Source of the DNA: the human T2T-CHM13v2.0 reference genome, Homo sapiens
Assembly: GCF_009914755.1 (NCBI RefSeq)
Contig: NC_060928.1
Reading direction: 5' to 3' (one strand)
DNA: 64,000 bases
Position numbers and translations under genes: made by a program. Positions 43,596-57,708 of the stretch are shown piece after piece. The notes beneath the pieces are model-generated. The model saw only the letters and a list, made by a program, of their open reading frames with translations. It did no database searches and was not told the DNA's origin. Position 1 is the stretch's first letter. The number at the start of each line of letters is the position of its first letter.

Positions 43596-44104
43596 AATTA
43601 TAAATGTTATAATTTTTAAGCATAGCAGTAGAAAAGTGATATATAAGCTGAGAAGCTTTATGGAAGAATTGTGTGGAAAAGACACGTCCAGAGAGGCGAT
43701 GTGTCTACCTCTCCAGGAGATGCCCACTGCTGAAGAGTTCCTTAGAAGGCTGTACCTTTGCCTCTGCCTGCTGCTACAGTGGAATCCCCTGTGGAAGGAG
43801 TGACAAGAGTTCTGTCCATCCTGAGGTTTTGAGAGCTAACAGAAACATAGCAGAGAATGAGATTTAGCTGTTACAGGACCAGGTCTCAGTAAGACCAGCA
43901 CGTTCTGATTCCTCATCGAAGACTAAACTTGGCCCCAGCACAGTGAGGTGTGCAAAGGAAAAAGATTTTTGGAAAACCTTGCTCTTAAGAGAATCGTATT
44001 TCATCTATTTAAACACATCAGACAAATCCTTCCCTAAGGGACGTACATAAGAATTCTTTCTGGCTTTAGAAGGAAATATGCAGATTGGTAGTTTCGCTTT
44101 CGTT

Positions 44105-44405
44105 GTTTTTTTTTTTTTTTTTTTTTTTTTGAGACAGAGTCTCATTCTGTCACCCAGGCTGGAGTGCAGTTTCAGCTCACTGCAACCTCCGCCTCTGCAG
44201 TTCAAGTGATTCTCCTGCCTCAGCCTCCCAAGTAGCTGGGACTACAGGTGTGCACCACCATGCCTAGCTAATTTTTGTATTTTTAATAGAGACAGGGTTT
44301 CACTATGTTGACTGGGCTGGTCTCAAACTCCTGACCAGGGGTGATCTGCCCACTTCCGCCTCCTAAAGTGTTGGGATCATATAGGCATAGCCACCACACC
44401 TGGCC
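44105..44405 (-). mobile_element. AluS
   Basis: Reverse Alu with a long T tail and a small internal deletion. Confidence 0.92.
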
Positions 44406-46409
44406 TATTTTTATATCTATTAAAAGAGAAAATAATATTAATGGTTTTCTAATATCAAGCATAACTGTTGGGAGCCAAAATGCCTCATGCCTCCAAACTC
44501 AGTAAATCCTGAAATAACACACAGTCATTGTGAAAGTTTCCTGTGTAGTTCTTGACAAGATTATCTTTAAAAATTTAATATCTGCCTCACAAATGGCAGA
44601 GTTAATTTCTCTTTTATCAATTATTGTATCCCTAACAACACAGTATGTATTCAATGACCATTTATTGAATAAATTAAATAAAAATCACATATTATTCACT
44701 CTGCATCATCACAGTGGAAAGTCACGTAGCATGTGTTTTACCCTTGTGGCATTTAGAAGCAAACTGTGAAATGCTGTTATCTAGAAGGTAATATGTTGCA
44801 ATACATTTTTAAATCAATCCAAAAACACTTCACAAAGATAGGAACTAAAATTATAACACTGGTATAGGAATATAATTTATTCGTAAACATGTTATACAGT
44901 TTTAAATATGCAGTACTTCTAGGTGTACTTAATATAAAGAAACTTCAATTTCAATTAAACATCACAATCACTGAGGTCATTTATATTTGTTGACATTTAA
45001 CAGCACTGAGTTGGTATAGAGCTATCACATAGAATGCTTATGGAGAATAAAATGTCATGTTTTAAAAATAAATTGATTTAAAAATATTTCTAATCATTAG
45101 GGCATTTTATTTGGCAGAAGGTTGGTGCACCACAAACCTCAGTTGGATGTGAGAAACCTACAAAGGTCTCTGGAATGGGAAATTAAGGAGCCATTTGTTT
45201 TTCTCCTACTTGACCCTAATATATCCTCTATGCTAATGATAAATTCACGTTCATGAAAAAAAACTCTCTTTTCCGGTTCTTAGGCTTAAGAACTTATGCT
45301 TCTCTATTGGCTGCCATCGTTATAAAGATCTTTTCTTACACTCAAGGGTTTTCATAATCTGCGTATTAACATTCTTTCTTCTTTTTTTTTTTTTTTAAGT
45401 TTTCACAACTGGAGCTTTTCTTTCCTCTGTTTGTTAGATAATCCATGACCCATTACTGTGTTCAGTGCTGCTATTATGCAGATCCTCCACCTTGATATTT
45501 ATATACTACTCATCCTTCAAGGCTCTGCAGAAATTCCACTTTCTCCCAAAAAACAGACCGATTCTCCTAGTAATTATGGTCTCTTTCTTCTCTCATTCTA
45601 TTACAGTCTTTCGTCTCTACTCAGCAATCTACACATTATTGTTCACCATTCCATTCACTGTCTTTTCTTTGTAATTTGGGACTCTTTATAGAGATTCATA
45701 TAAGGTCAGTTCTGGTAAAACATATATGTTTTGAAAATACAAATTTGAATACTAGGGGACAGTTTCAACAAAACATAAAATTTGTTTTCACTTTAGCACA
45801 ATTTTATCCTCAGGAAACACTGGGCAAACAAGAAAACTGCACTCAGGTGAACAAAGCCATGTGGCCATACTCAGAACAGACGAACACACATGCATGTCAA
45901 AATTATATCAACTACCTCAGCTCAGCACACACCTGTTATGAGCCACACTCAAATACGTTTAGTGTTACAAGTTTCTGCCTGATTTGAAAACCCTCCTTTC
46001 ATCACTTTGCAAGAACTCTCAGATGCAACTCTTCTCACATTTACTTCCACAAGCAAACTTCAGGTTTTGATCAAGGTAAAGTGCCATATTTACTGTAGTA
46101 CATATGGATATATCAATTATTCACACATGTAAAACTCCAGTTTCATATTTATTGTGTTTTGATCTTTATTTTTTTCTGTGTCACTGACAATGTTTTTGAG
46201 TGTCATACCCTTAACTCCATGTTTCTTATTGGCCTTGTGTTTCATATTACAAGATTTTGCATAGCTTGATGATATTTTTAGCACTACCTGTGTCAGATAA
46301 TAGCAGAACTGACTGTATACATTGATACTTTATTATATATAATCTGAAATATATAGTTTATGGAATAAATAATGTAATTATACTTCCTGTAATGCTGAGA
46401 AGTAATATC

Positions 46410-46935
46410 TGTTTCAGTTACCTATTGCTACATAACAGACAATCCTGGAACTTAGTAGCTTAAAGCAATAAAGTTTCCCTCTCTCATGGTTATGTGGCTT
46501 GACTGGGCATGATGGACAGTTATGCTGGTTTCACTTGAAATCCCATGGAGGTATAATCTGATGGCAGCTGGTGCTGAAGCAAGAGACGGACTGGCAGGCT
46601 ATGATGGTAATGTTTCCCTCTTTCTGTGAGTAGTGCCAGGGCCTCTTCTCTCTGCCTGGTGTCACCTTGTGTTATCCCTGATAAAGTAGCCAGATTTCTT
46701 ACATCTCCATGTGATTAAACAATTTCAACAATTAAGACTCGGGTTCCCAAGAAGCACAAACACAGAAACAGCCAGGTGTCCCTAAGCCTTAGACCTGGAA
46801 CTGGCACAGCATCACTTTTCCCACCTCCAATAGGCCGAGCATCACAGGGCTGGCCCTGACTGCAGGAGAGAGGAAATAAACACTTTCTCTTGGTGAGTAA
46901 ATAGCAAAGAATCTGTGACTATCTTTAATCACCAT
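46410..46935 (-). mobile_element. Old MLT1 (J/K-like) LTR
   Basis: tcagttacctattgctacataac...aacttagtagcttaaagcaa...aaagaatctgtgactatctttaatc. Confidence 0.7.
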
Positions 46936-47849
46936 GGTATTCTTTACTAACAATTTGGTAGGTCAACATCATAAGATTTTAGAGCAATATTTTAGCAATT
47001 ATTCAATCTAATATCATCAATTTATATGAAAGTGTACTGGAACAAAATGATACAATAAAAGACAGAGTTGGAGCTATGAATCTCTCTTAATTCTGTACAT
47101 CTCATAGCCCTTCATAAACTGCCTGGGATATAGTAGGCAATAAATATATACTTGTTGACATAGGATTTTACTAAGAAATAGAAACTGAGATTCAAATAAT
47201 ATTCTATTTTAAAAAGCACTCAAGATTCTAACTTTCTAGAAGCATGCCTGGATTTTCTGAAAGACATTAAGACTTGAAAGAGAGATGAAAAGATAGCAGA
47301 ATAAGATATTTCAAGATGTTTTAACTATTCATATTTTCACACCATTATTGTGTTTTCTCCACACACACACACATACATACTTACACACAGAGAAATGAAA
47401 TGATACAAGGCAGTGAATCTAAGATAAATATTTTATTTCTGAAAAATATAGGACATCATCATGGTCTAAAACTAAGTTCATTGTGTCTTAGGAAATGTTT
47501 GACTCCTCACATTCATCCTACCCCAAAAATGTCCTTGTTTCACTAGAATCAAACTATGTAAAGACTTATTCATCTTTTAGATCACTAAATAAATTAGTAT
47601 GAAGAACATTATTTTTATTACAAAAGGTTACCATTCTAATAAAAACATGAGTGACATTTTTTCAGCCTGAATTTAAAAGAAAACACACAAAGTTCATTTT
47701 ATATACAATGTAACAGAAAAAAAAGTTCTGTTGGTTTATGTGAGGCACATGATGAAATGTTTCTAAATTTTGTTGAACTTGCAGGATGTACCTCAGCTTG
47801 GCTTTCCTCACTTTTGTTTTTAAGCTGGCATTTTCATTTAATAACATAT

Positions 47850-48164
<315 letters not shown>

Positions 48165-49519
48165 CTATACCTTCTACCCCTATATAAAAACAGCAGTGGC
48201 GGCTTCTTCTCTGTATTTTTTCTTCTTAGCCCCCTCCTTGGACTCTGAGGTGTTGTAATCTGACAGCAATTGTTCTCTTCTCTATGCTTAGACTCCTCTT
48301 CCTTATTTTATAAACCTCGTTCTTTTTATTTCATTTTTCTCTGATCCAGAGTATATACTTCGTGTCATTTTTGTTTTTGGAATTTTAGCTCTTTTAGACT
48401 GTACCAAGTCTCAGCATCTCACGGTCCTTTTCTGTTTTGTGCCTGTTCTGCAGGAGCCCTGTGGATGGCGGCTTACTGGTCATGTGACTTTTCACCATCC
48501 AGGCATGAGGCTGAGTCTGATTCCTATGGATGTAGAAACACTTTCCAAATTACAGATCATTATTCATCGCAGTATTCAGTTATTTGTTTATAAGATGTGA
48601 AAATTAGATTTAATCATTTCTAACATCTTTATCAGTTCTAACTATGTGAGATTCTCTAAAATATTTTGAAGAGAGATCTGACACCCATTGATTTGAAAAG
48701 CGTAATAATATAGTAAAACCGAGTGAGCAGGACATCCTCTTCTAAGGATCAGAATTCTCATCCTCCATCCTCCTGGGGTGATTTGCCTAACAGCTCTAAG
48801 GAATTGTGAAAAAGCATAGTTAGTCTCCAGACCTTAGCCTTTTTTGGGTGAGGCATATCATTTCAAGACTCTTGGGTTTACTTGAATAACTTATCCATGC
48901 ATAATGTAATTTATTTAAAACATTTGAATATATTTATATAATTAAGCTCTATTATCTGTTATTATAAGAAATTTCAAAAGCTTCCTTCTAGGATGAAATG
49001 AATTTACTTGTTCCTCACCTTTAACCAAATACGAAACAATTTTGCTTGTACTCTTGTAGAAGTCAATTGTTTTCCTCTTAGCTTTCACATTTGTAGTCTG
49101 AAAAGGTTTTTTGGTTATTATTAGTCTGTTTGTTTTACCTTTTCTTCTTTTTAAAAAACATTTGTTTATGCTCATCAGATCTATAACTGGATACATTAGA
49201 AGGAGCTTGAGATTTATAGTGAGATAACCCTTAATCTAAATCTCAACTTTGGCATTTTTGTCTGTGTTCCTGAGCAAGTTCTTTGACCTCTCTTAGCATC
49301 AATTTCCTTTTTGTAAAATGGAAAGATAGCATTTAAAGGCATATGCAGTGCCTAACACTGTAAGATCTCAATAAATTTATACTACTTATCATGATAATTA
49401 GACCATGAACAAGAACAGTGTAATTTAAAAACATGTTGATGAAATATGAAAATAAGTAAAATGAGTTTCCTTAAAAGTTGTAGAGGTATAAACTGAGGAA
49501 ATTGGATTATTTTTGCTAC

Positions 49520-50360
49520 TCATTTATGAAAAATATTTAAATGCCTACCGTGTGTCAAGCATACTTTCAGGAGCTGACTACAGAGCAATAGACAACACAG
49601 GCAAGTTCCCTGTGCTCATCCAGCCTTCTTGTTGTGAGGAAAATCAGAAAATCAACTCACAGAATAGTATGATGATTTTTAATGTGAGCTAAGGAGTAGC
49701 AGGGTGTATAGCAGGGAGGCTGCTGCTTTGGGGAAGGGGATAAAGGAAACTTTCTGCTGTAGCATTGGAGCTGAGACCTGTAAGGTAGGAAGAGCCTGCA
49801 AAATGAATACCCAGGCTAACAGATGCAAGGTAGAACAAGCTTGGTGTGGTCAAGGGAGAGAACAATGGCCAGTGTGACTGGAGTGCAGTGGATGCAACAG
49901 AGCCTGGAGTGAGATGAGTTCAGAAAAATGTACAGGGGCCAGATTATGTGGAGTCCAATAGGGCATGGAACAGAGTTTGCATTTTATTCTAATTTCAGCA
50001 AGCAGGATCCTTAGAAATAAAGTGATATGGCTTTCTTTGGGTTTCAAAATTATCACATTGGATGCTTTAGGTGGAACAGGCTTTAGGATCTGTGGAAGGT
50101 GAGAGACCAGTTAATCAGCTATTGATGTAGATTAAGGAGCTTAAGAGTGGTAGAATTTTAAGCAGTGAAGATGATGAGAAGTAATCAGGTTTGATATATA
50201 TATGGTGGAGGTAATGCTGGGAAGATATGTTCAGTAATTGTATGCCAGGAAGTGTTGAAATAGCACAAAGGGAGAAATCACAGCTAAGTCTCAAGCATTT
50301 GGCCTGACTGACAGGTAGATAGAAGTGCATTCCTGCATCAGGAAAGTTAATGAAGAAAAG
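49520..50360 (-). mobile_element. L2 remnant, with MIR remnants flanking at ~49200-49400 and ~50370-50600
   Basis: atatttaaatgcctaccgtgtgtcaagc...ggccagtgtgactggagtgcagtg...gagagaccagttaatcagctatt. Confidence 0.65.
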
Positions 50361-51819
50361 GCATATAGAGCAATGGTTTTGAAAGCATGGGTGCTGGAGA
50401 CAGACAGGGTTTGCTTCCAACTTCAAGTACTGGCCAGGGGCAAGTTTCTTAAATTCTTTTTACTTTAGTTTCCTCATGTGTGAAATGAGAATCGTAATAC
50501 CTATCTCATTATTTGCTCTAATAATCCAAGGAGGTAATGGATTAAAACTGTTTAGAGCAGTGCTTGGCATAAGGTAAGTTTCATTACTTAGGGCAGAACA
50601 AATTAAAGGTTCTCTCTTTTGACATGTACAGTTTAGGAAGTCTTTTGAACTCTTGAGTAGAAAAGCATGTGCATATCGTAGGGTAGTGGCAGCAAAGATA
50701 CAGAGAAGTGACCGCAAAGATACAGAGAAGTGACCCAGTTTGAGATATGTGTTGGAGGCAGAGGTGTAACAATAGTGTCATGGTTGATGGAATGAACTCT
50801 GTGAACAGATTGGATTTGCATTCCATCTTCACTTACTGCTATGGACATGTTCTGTAACCTCTGAGTGTCTCAGTTTTCTCAGTTGAAATGAGTCTCCTAA
50901 AGGAAACTATCTTACATTTTTGTTCTGAGGATAAAAATCTAATATATGGTGTGTGCCAGTAATTATTAAGAAAGAATGATCAAGAGTCATGTTTGGGCAG
51001 GGTAAGTTTGAAATGAATTTTCAACATAGAGATGAACATGTATGCCTTGAATAACCAAGACTAGAGTTCAGGAAGAATCAAAGCTCAAGATACACATGTA
51101 GCATTCATTGGCATATTGATAGTATTTAAAGCACTAAGATGGGATGAATTCTCATAGGTTATATCTAAGGAATAAAAAGCTATCACATGATATGTACTAA
51201 TTATTATTAAGGGGAGAGTGACCAAGAGAAGTAGCTAAGTGACCAAGGTCAGAGGCACTTCACAATTAAGATCATAGCTCAGGTACACTTACCAGATGAC
51301 ATGGAAGTAGCAGAGAGTCAGAAATATTTCAATACATCACTAATCTTTAGAAAGTCAGAAATAATTTAATACTTCACTAACTTTTAGGAAATATTCTTCA
51401 TGAAATAGTTGTGTCTGAAGCTCTAGATTACAAATTTTCCCCCTTTAACATTTCACATATATGCCTTCGAATTAGATTGTAGGCTTCTTGTAAATGTGGT
51501 GTATTTCTTTTGGCCTGTCACTGCCCCTGGCACAAGGTAGTACACATAGACAGCACTCATTTTAATGCTGTTTTTAAGTAAGTGTTTCATGGGGTGACTA
51601 AAGTATCTTTACCCTAGTACTACATGGTAGGCTAACTACTAGGGACCTGAATAATTTTGTTCTAAGAAAGACATTTGGTGGATAGCTTACTTTACTGTTT
51701 CCACACCCCCAGTAACTTTAGAAAATTGATCAGTGCTCAAGGATAAGGGTTCAAAATTCATCTTAAGTTATGCATGTGGAGTGAAAAATTATCTTTACCT
51801 TACTATAAAAGAGTAGAGT

Positions 51820-52186
51820 TATATTAGTTCATTTTCATGCTGCTGATAAAGATATATCTGAAACTGGGTAATTTATACAGGAAAAAGGGTTTAACGGACT
51901 TACCATTCCACGTGGCTGTGGAGGCCTCACAATCACGGTGGAAGGCAAGAGGAGCAAGTTCACATCTTAAATGGATGGCAGCAGGCAAAGAGAGAGGTTG
52001 TGCAGGGAAATTCCCATTTTTAAAACCATCAGATCTTGTGAGACTTATTCACTATCATAAGAACAGCACAGGAAAGACCTGCCCTCATGATTCAGTTATC
52101 TATCGCTGGGTCCCTCCCACAACACACAGGCATTATGGGAGCTACAAGATGAGATTTGGGTGGGGACACATAGCCAAACCATATCA
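51820..52186 (-). mobile_element. THE1A/B MaLR solo LTR
   Basis: tattagttcattttcatgctgctgataaaga...gatttgggtggggacacatagccaaaccatatca. TSD agagt/agagg. Confidence 0.92.
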
Positions 52187-53859
52187 AGAGGTAAAGAGAA
52201 GATATAATGGGTTTTTCACTTGAGCTGATTGATGCTGGAATTTCAGATACACACTAGAGCCAGTCAAAAACTTTCCCAGTATCTTAACCTTTTGAACCAT
52301 AGTCATTTCATATATGGAATAGAGATGATAACACTTACCTCATAATATTTTGAGAGAGCTGAATGAGGGTGTGTTCTCAAATGATTGTTTTATTATCTAC
52401 CCTATGTGCAAAATGTACTTTCTCTCATGAAATGTTTTGAGTCTTTACAAATTCCCATTTTACTCTGTGCACCAACTACAAATAACTCTCTCTTAATTCA
52501 TTGTATGCCTAAACAACTGAACCTATTTTGAAAAATAATTTATATGACACAAGTAGTGAATGTGTATAAGTGTGTATCTCTGTGTAAGTGTATATCTCTG
52601 GATATAAAATTTCACAGAGTTATAGAAATATATTGTTTACTTGTACAGCTATAAATTTCTTTACTTGTCATTGCTAAATGATTTTTCATGTGAAGCAAAA
52701 AGGATTGGTTTTTTTGTTTTGCATTTTTAGTTTCTTTTTTTTTTCTTTTAAACAGATTTAGCAGCATTCACAGTCAAGGACTGTCACGGACCGTCATGAT
52801 CTCATTATTTCCTGGCCCCTAGAGAAGGATCTGTGCTAATTAAACACATTTAATGGGAAAAAGTTCTGTTCACCTTAAGCTATTATTTCTTTACTTACTA
52901 GTGTTTGTTACAATTTACAAACAAGAATTATACATCCCAGTAAATTGAACCTTCTTTCTTCTCTGCTCCCTTTCCCCCACACTCAATTTACCAGGTACTA
53001 AAGTTGCATAAAGTTTATAAACCAGTTGGATGGCTTCTTGGGAATAAAGTTTTCATTGAACAGTTTCTTGTAGTGTTGGACCTCAGGAAAATTCAACAGC
53101 TCTTGCTAATCCAGTGCTGATTTTCATTTTCAAGCCAGGAGCTAAACATATAAATCATGTTTAACACAATGTACCTGCTTTTAGAAAGCTGTATACAGTC
53201 ATGTACATTTATTAGTTTTCCCAGCTTGAAAGCTTCATGCATTCTTTGTTCTTCCTTTCTTTGTATCAAGAAAACACCACCCAGCCCCCCACCCCGCCCC
53301 GACACACAATGGTGCTTCATATTATGACATTTTGTGGCATGATTATTTTTCCTGTCTACATCCTCAAGTCATTGCTTCATTAATACTGTACATAAACTGA
53401 TTTTTTGCCACACGTGGCTATTTCCGAGTTGTCATTTTGCCACTGAAGTTTGTTCTCTATGCTGTGTGACAGATTAATACTGTTATCAATACATGTTTTT
53501 GAAATTGGTATTGCCTTTATATATGTGGAATCATCAAATCATTTCTTCTCTAAAGGGGCACCTTCAAGTTCCTTGTTTTTTGTTTTTCATGAAGAGTCAG
53601 TTTTTAAAACCTTGTCCAATTTACTTAAACTTTGTGTGCCTTGATTTTCTTATCTATGAAATGGACTATATGAGTAAATTGAATGAGAAAATCTATATAT
53701 AGTACTCGGCACAGAACTTAAGCTTTCCTCTTGGGGCAGTTACCTCATGGAGACCTGAGGTCCTTGTCATGTCTCCTTGAATATTGATGGGTTCTATAAT
53801 GTCTTTTGCTAATAAAAAAAATACCCTCTACCAATTTCCCAGCCCAGGCAATTTTCACT

Positions 53860-54205
53860 TCTTGTCTCTTGATATGCTATGTCTGGGAGTTTTGAGTTGG
53901 CATGTACATTTTCTCACTATCTTGAGACTACGATGTTGGAGAGGCCGTGTGTGTGCGGTCTAGCCCACAGTCCTAGCTGAGCCTAGGATTCGAGGCATTT
54001 CCACCAAGACATCAGACATGTAAATGAGGCAGTCATGAATGTTCTACAGCACCACCACACAGACTTGTGGTGATACTGTGTGGACCAGAAGAATTTCCTA
54101 GCGAAGCGCTACCTGCACTCCTGACTCACAATATATTGAGATATAAGGAACTGATTATAGCTATAAGCTACTCAGTTTTGTGTAGCAATAGATATAGGAA
54201 AACTG
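53860..54205 (+). mobile_element. Old MLT1 (J-like) LTR
   Basis: cacagtcctagctgagcc...cagacatgtaaatgagg...taagctactcagttttgtgtagcaatagata. Confidence 0.65.
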
Positions 54206-56336
54206 ACATATAGAAATAAAATGGCTTTTGTATCCTGTGACTTTAAATCACTTATTAATGTTAAATTTTTCTGTACATATATACATCCTTTATACATATT
54301 TAGAATATTCTGAATATACATGTAATTTTCTGCATATATATTCAGTTACCTGAGAATAATGGCTTCTATTTCAAACTTTTCAATATTATTCATTAATCTG
54401 CCTTCTTGAAGCAATTGAGGCCTTTGGCAAAAAAAAAATGAATTAATATGATTATATCAGAAGAATAATATGCTTTTTGACTTCAGAGTGAAAGGTATTG
54501 AGAATACTCTATTAAGGATGACATTTATTTTAGTTTTTTTGTAGATACACTCTATCAGATTAAAAAGTTCTGCTCTATTTCTAGTTTCCTAAGAGTTTTT
54601 TTTTTTAATTAAGAAAGTCTCTTGAAATACTACTTTGCAAACAATAGTTGTATATTGTTTCTCTTCTCTCTCCAATATGGAAGCACTATAAAGTTTTACA
54701 TGTTAATTATGTTTATTTCTATAACTCCAGTAACTAGAACAATGCCTGTTGAATAAATCTTGTTGAATACATTTATAAACAACGAAGAACATATTTGAGT
54801 TTGTGAATCCAAAACTTCATGTTTTCTATTAATGTATCTGTGGAACTACTAATCAATTAAATTTGAAGATGTGAAAAACTATGGAAGGAAAACTACTGTA
54901 AATATTAGGTTGAATAAAATCTTATTTTAAAGGCAGTTAACAGTATCAAATATTACAAGTCTGAGAGTGACATAATTTCACAATTGAATTGATCTATGAT
55001 AAGTTACAGTAAAACCATACAATGGAATATTATATAATTATTAAAAATATAGAGACACTAATATATAGCTGATAAAGAATTAGCTCCAAAATCTTGAAAA
55101 AGAAAAATAAAATAAAGCATGGTATAATGACTAGACCATAATGACATTTGTATATACAAAGCATATATGCCTAATTCTAGATTCTTCCACCTACTTTGCA
55201 GTTTAGGGAACTAAGTTATAGAGAGATTATGTAACTTGTCAAAGTTCACATAGCTAGTAACTCTTTTTATCTGTACATCTATCTGTTTACCTGTCTGTCA
55301 ATGATCATAATAAGCTAGTGAGACTGGCATCTCTTGTAAAGGGCACTGGGAAACGGAAAGTGAAGGAAAGAGATGAAAGAGACTTACTTTTTATTGTTCT
55401 GCCTTTCGTATTTTTGAATTTGTATCTTATACGTGTATTAGCTATTTCAATAAATTACAAAAGTAATTTTTTAAAATTGATGTTCTGTTTAGATGTTTGT
55501 TATGACAAGACATGGTTTACTACCTTTGTGCATGCTTTTAAAATTTTCGCTTATGTTGTCAGAGTTATTCTGTTTGTACTTTTTGAAACTTTTTAAGGGC
55601 TTAATAAATATAAGTATTGTTACAGTGCTGCTTACACACCAATGACATTGTTAAAACTTCCATGTGTATATGAATAATGCAAACATATTTTTATAATAAA
55701 AGAAGTCACATTTGTTTTGATGGAATTTAATGAAACATGAGCTTGGTCCTAGTAAGTTTGATATGACATTTCAGTGAACACATGGGTTCACAATTTGAGA
55801 TTTGTGATGGTTGTAATTATAATTTTAAGAGGTCCTGAAGTCCTTAGTCCCTTCAATTTCTCAAACCAAGTGAATCAAATAATACCTAGGAATGTCACAA
55901 AAATGCCACCCTTACAGTTCATTTAAAATATTTGAATATGTCCTTTTTCTCCTAGGAACAAAAATAACAATAAAAACACAATCCGAATAGTGATGTGTGA
56001 AATGTTCTTTTTAAGGAAACCCTCATGCTATTTTTAATAGAATTGAATACAAACTTAATAGCTATGCTTAAATACACCTTCCCAACAAAAATGTTCCTTT
56101 GCTTGTAAAAACGTTTTTCTCAACAGTAATTGAATTTGGAAACATCTTTACCTCCTTATGCCTACACATATGGCCACCTTGCTCAAAAGAGATAAACACC
56201 TGCTGTACCCCAGATTATAAACATAATTTGAAAAGTACTAAAAAGCTCTGGAATGTTTTGATAAAGAGAGGAATTACTTGTAGACAACTTATATAATAAA
56301 TTATGTAATGGCTTATGTTACTTTGGCTATAACCAG

Positions 56337-56784
56337 TGTTAAGGAAAAATTATTCTGACGCTTGTTAAAGCAGCAAGGCAGACACTTTTTTTAGGACTAT
56401 TGCATTAGGGGTCAAGACTATTGCGATAGTGGAGGGAGATCAGGTTCAATTCTGAATATAATCAAGACAGCTGGGGATCTATAGCCAAGGAGCAGAGTGG
56501 CAAGTTTGCTGGAGAGAAAATTACTAAGAAGAGACACCCAGAGTTGGGTGTTTCTTGTTAAACTGACTTAACACGATTCTTGCTGAAGGCAGACAAGGGT
56601 GATCAGACATCAAGGGTGGGAGGATTCTCATTAAACTGACTTAGCAGGATTCTTGCTGCAGTCAGTTAAACTGTAGCATGCTAGACTATGCAGGCCCAGA
56701 AAAGATGGAGGGCAAAGCACAAGGTCTAATTGAAAAGAAGGGTGCAGGGAGCTTGTCCAAAGTTTGGTCATGGACAGTTTTTCA
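56337..56784 (-). mobile_element. MER31-like ERV1 solo LTR
   Basis: tgttaaggaaaaattattc...tatagccaaggagcag...gaaaattactaag...gattcttgctgaagg. TG..CA ends, TSD ccag/ccaa. Confidence 0.75.
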
Positions 56785-57074
56785 CCAATCAGAATATGGC
56801 ACATGCAACGGCAAATCAAAATAATGTGAGGCATACCCAGAGCACTCAGATTCCCTTAGCATATGGGCCTGCCTGGCCTGCCAAACATGATGAGCATTAA
56901 CTTTGACTCCCTGCTTCTTTTGTGAGTGGGCTGAGCTGCTTTTGGTGTACTACATAATGACCATAAGCGGACACCTAACCTTTGAGGAAAATAAGGCAAA
57001 GCTATCTGCAAGGAGAAAACACTAGTCATGCTGGCTGAGAATACACAGCGAGTGATCAAAGCATGACAGAAACT

Positions 57075-57300
57075 ACCCTATTAGTACTGATTTTACTTTA
57101 CTTTCTAAATGTTGGTATGTTGCATTTTCATTTTCATTTGTCTTAAGATCTATTCTGACTTCCGTTTTGACTTCTTCTTTGATCAGGTTGTTCAGAAGTA
57201 TGTTGTTCAGAAGTATGTTGTTTAATTTCCACATATTTGTGACTTTTCCCATTTTTCTGTTGTTAGGGATTTCTAGTTTCATACTACTGTGGTAACAGAA
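57075..57300 (-). mobile_element. L1 ORF2 fragment (post-endonuclease region)
   Basis: Minus ORF KLEIPN...TNMWKLNNILLNN...KTNENENATYQHL. Confidence 0.8.
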
Positions 57301-57708
57301 GAAAAAACTCTACTTATATGAAGTGTCTGAAATAGCCAAAATTATGGAAGCAGAGAATACAATAGTGGCTCTAATGGGTTAGGGGATAAGGGAATGGGGA
57401 GTTTTCAGTGGGTGTACACAGTTATGCTAGAGGAATAAATTCTACAGATTTGCTGTACAATGTAGTGCCTATAGTTAACAATATGGCATTGTTCATTTCA
57501 AAATTTGTTATGTGGATTGATATTATATTAAGGTAGCTCCCTTTACCCGAAAAAGGGGATCACAAGAAAGGTGCTGGATTTGTTATAACATTGATTGTGT
57601 TGATGGTATCATGAGGTTTTCATATGACCAAACTCATCATATTGTACGCATTAAATATGTGCAGCTCTTTTTATATCAATTATAACTCAATAAAGATGTT
57701 AGGAAAAT
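57301..57708 (+). mobile_element. L1MA/MB 3' end
   Basis: gaagcagagaatacaatagtgg...gctgtacaatgtagtgcctatagttaacaat...ctcaataaag. Confidence 0.75.

Noticed and set aside
56558-56670. Repeated ttaaactgactta...gattcttgctg motif
   Set aside because: Appears to be an internal repeat of the MER31-like LTR.
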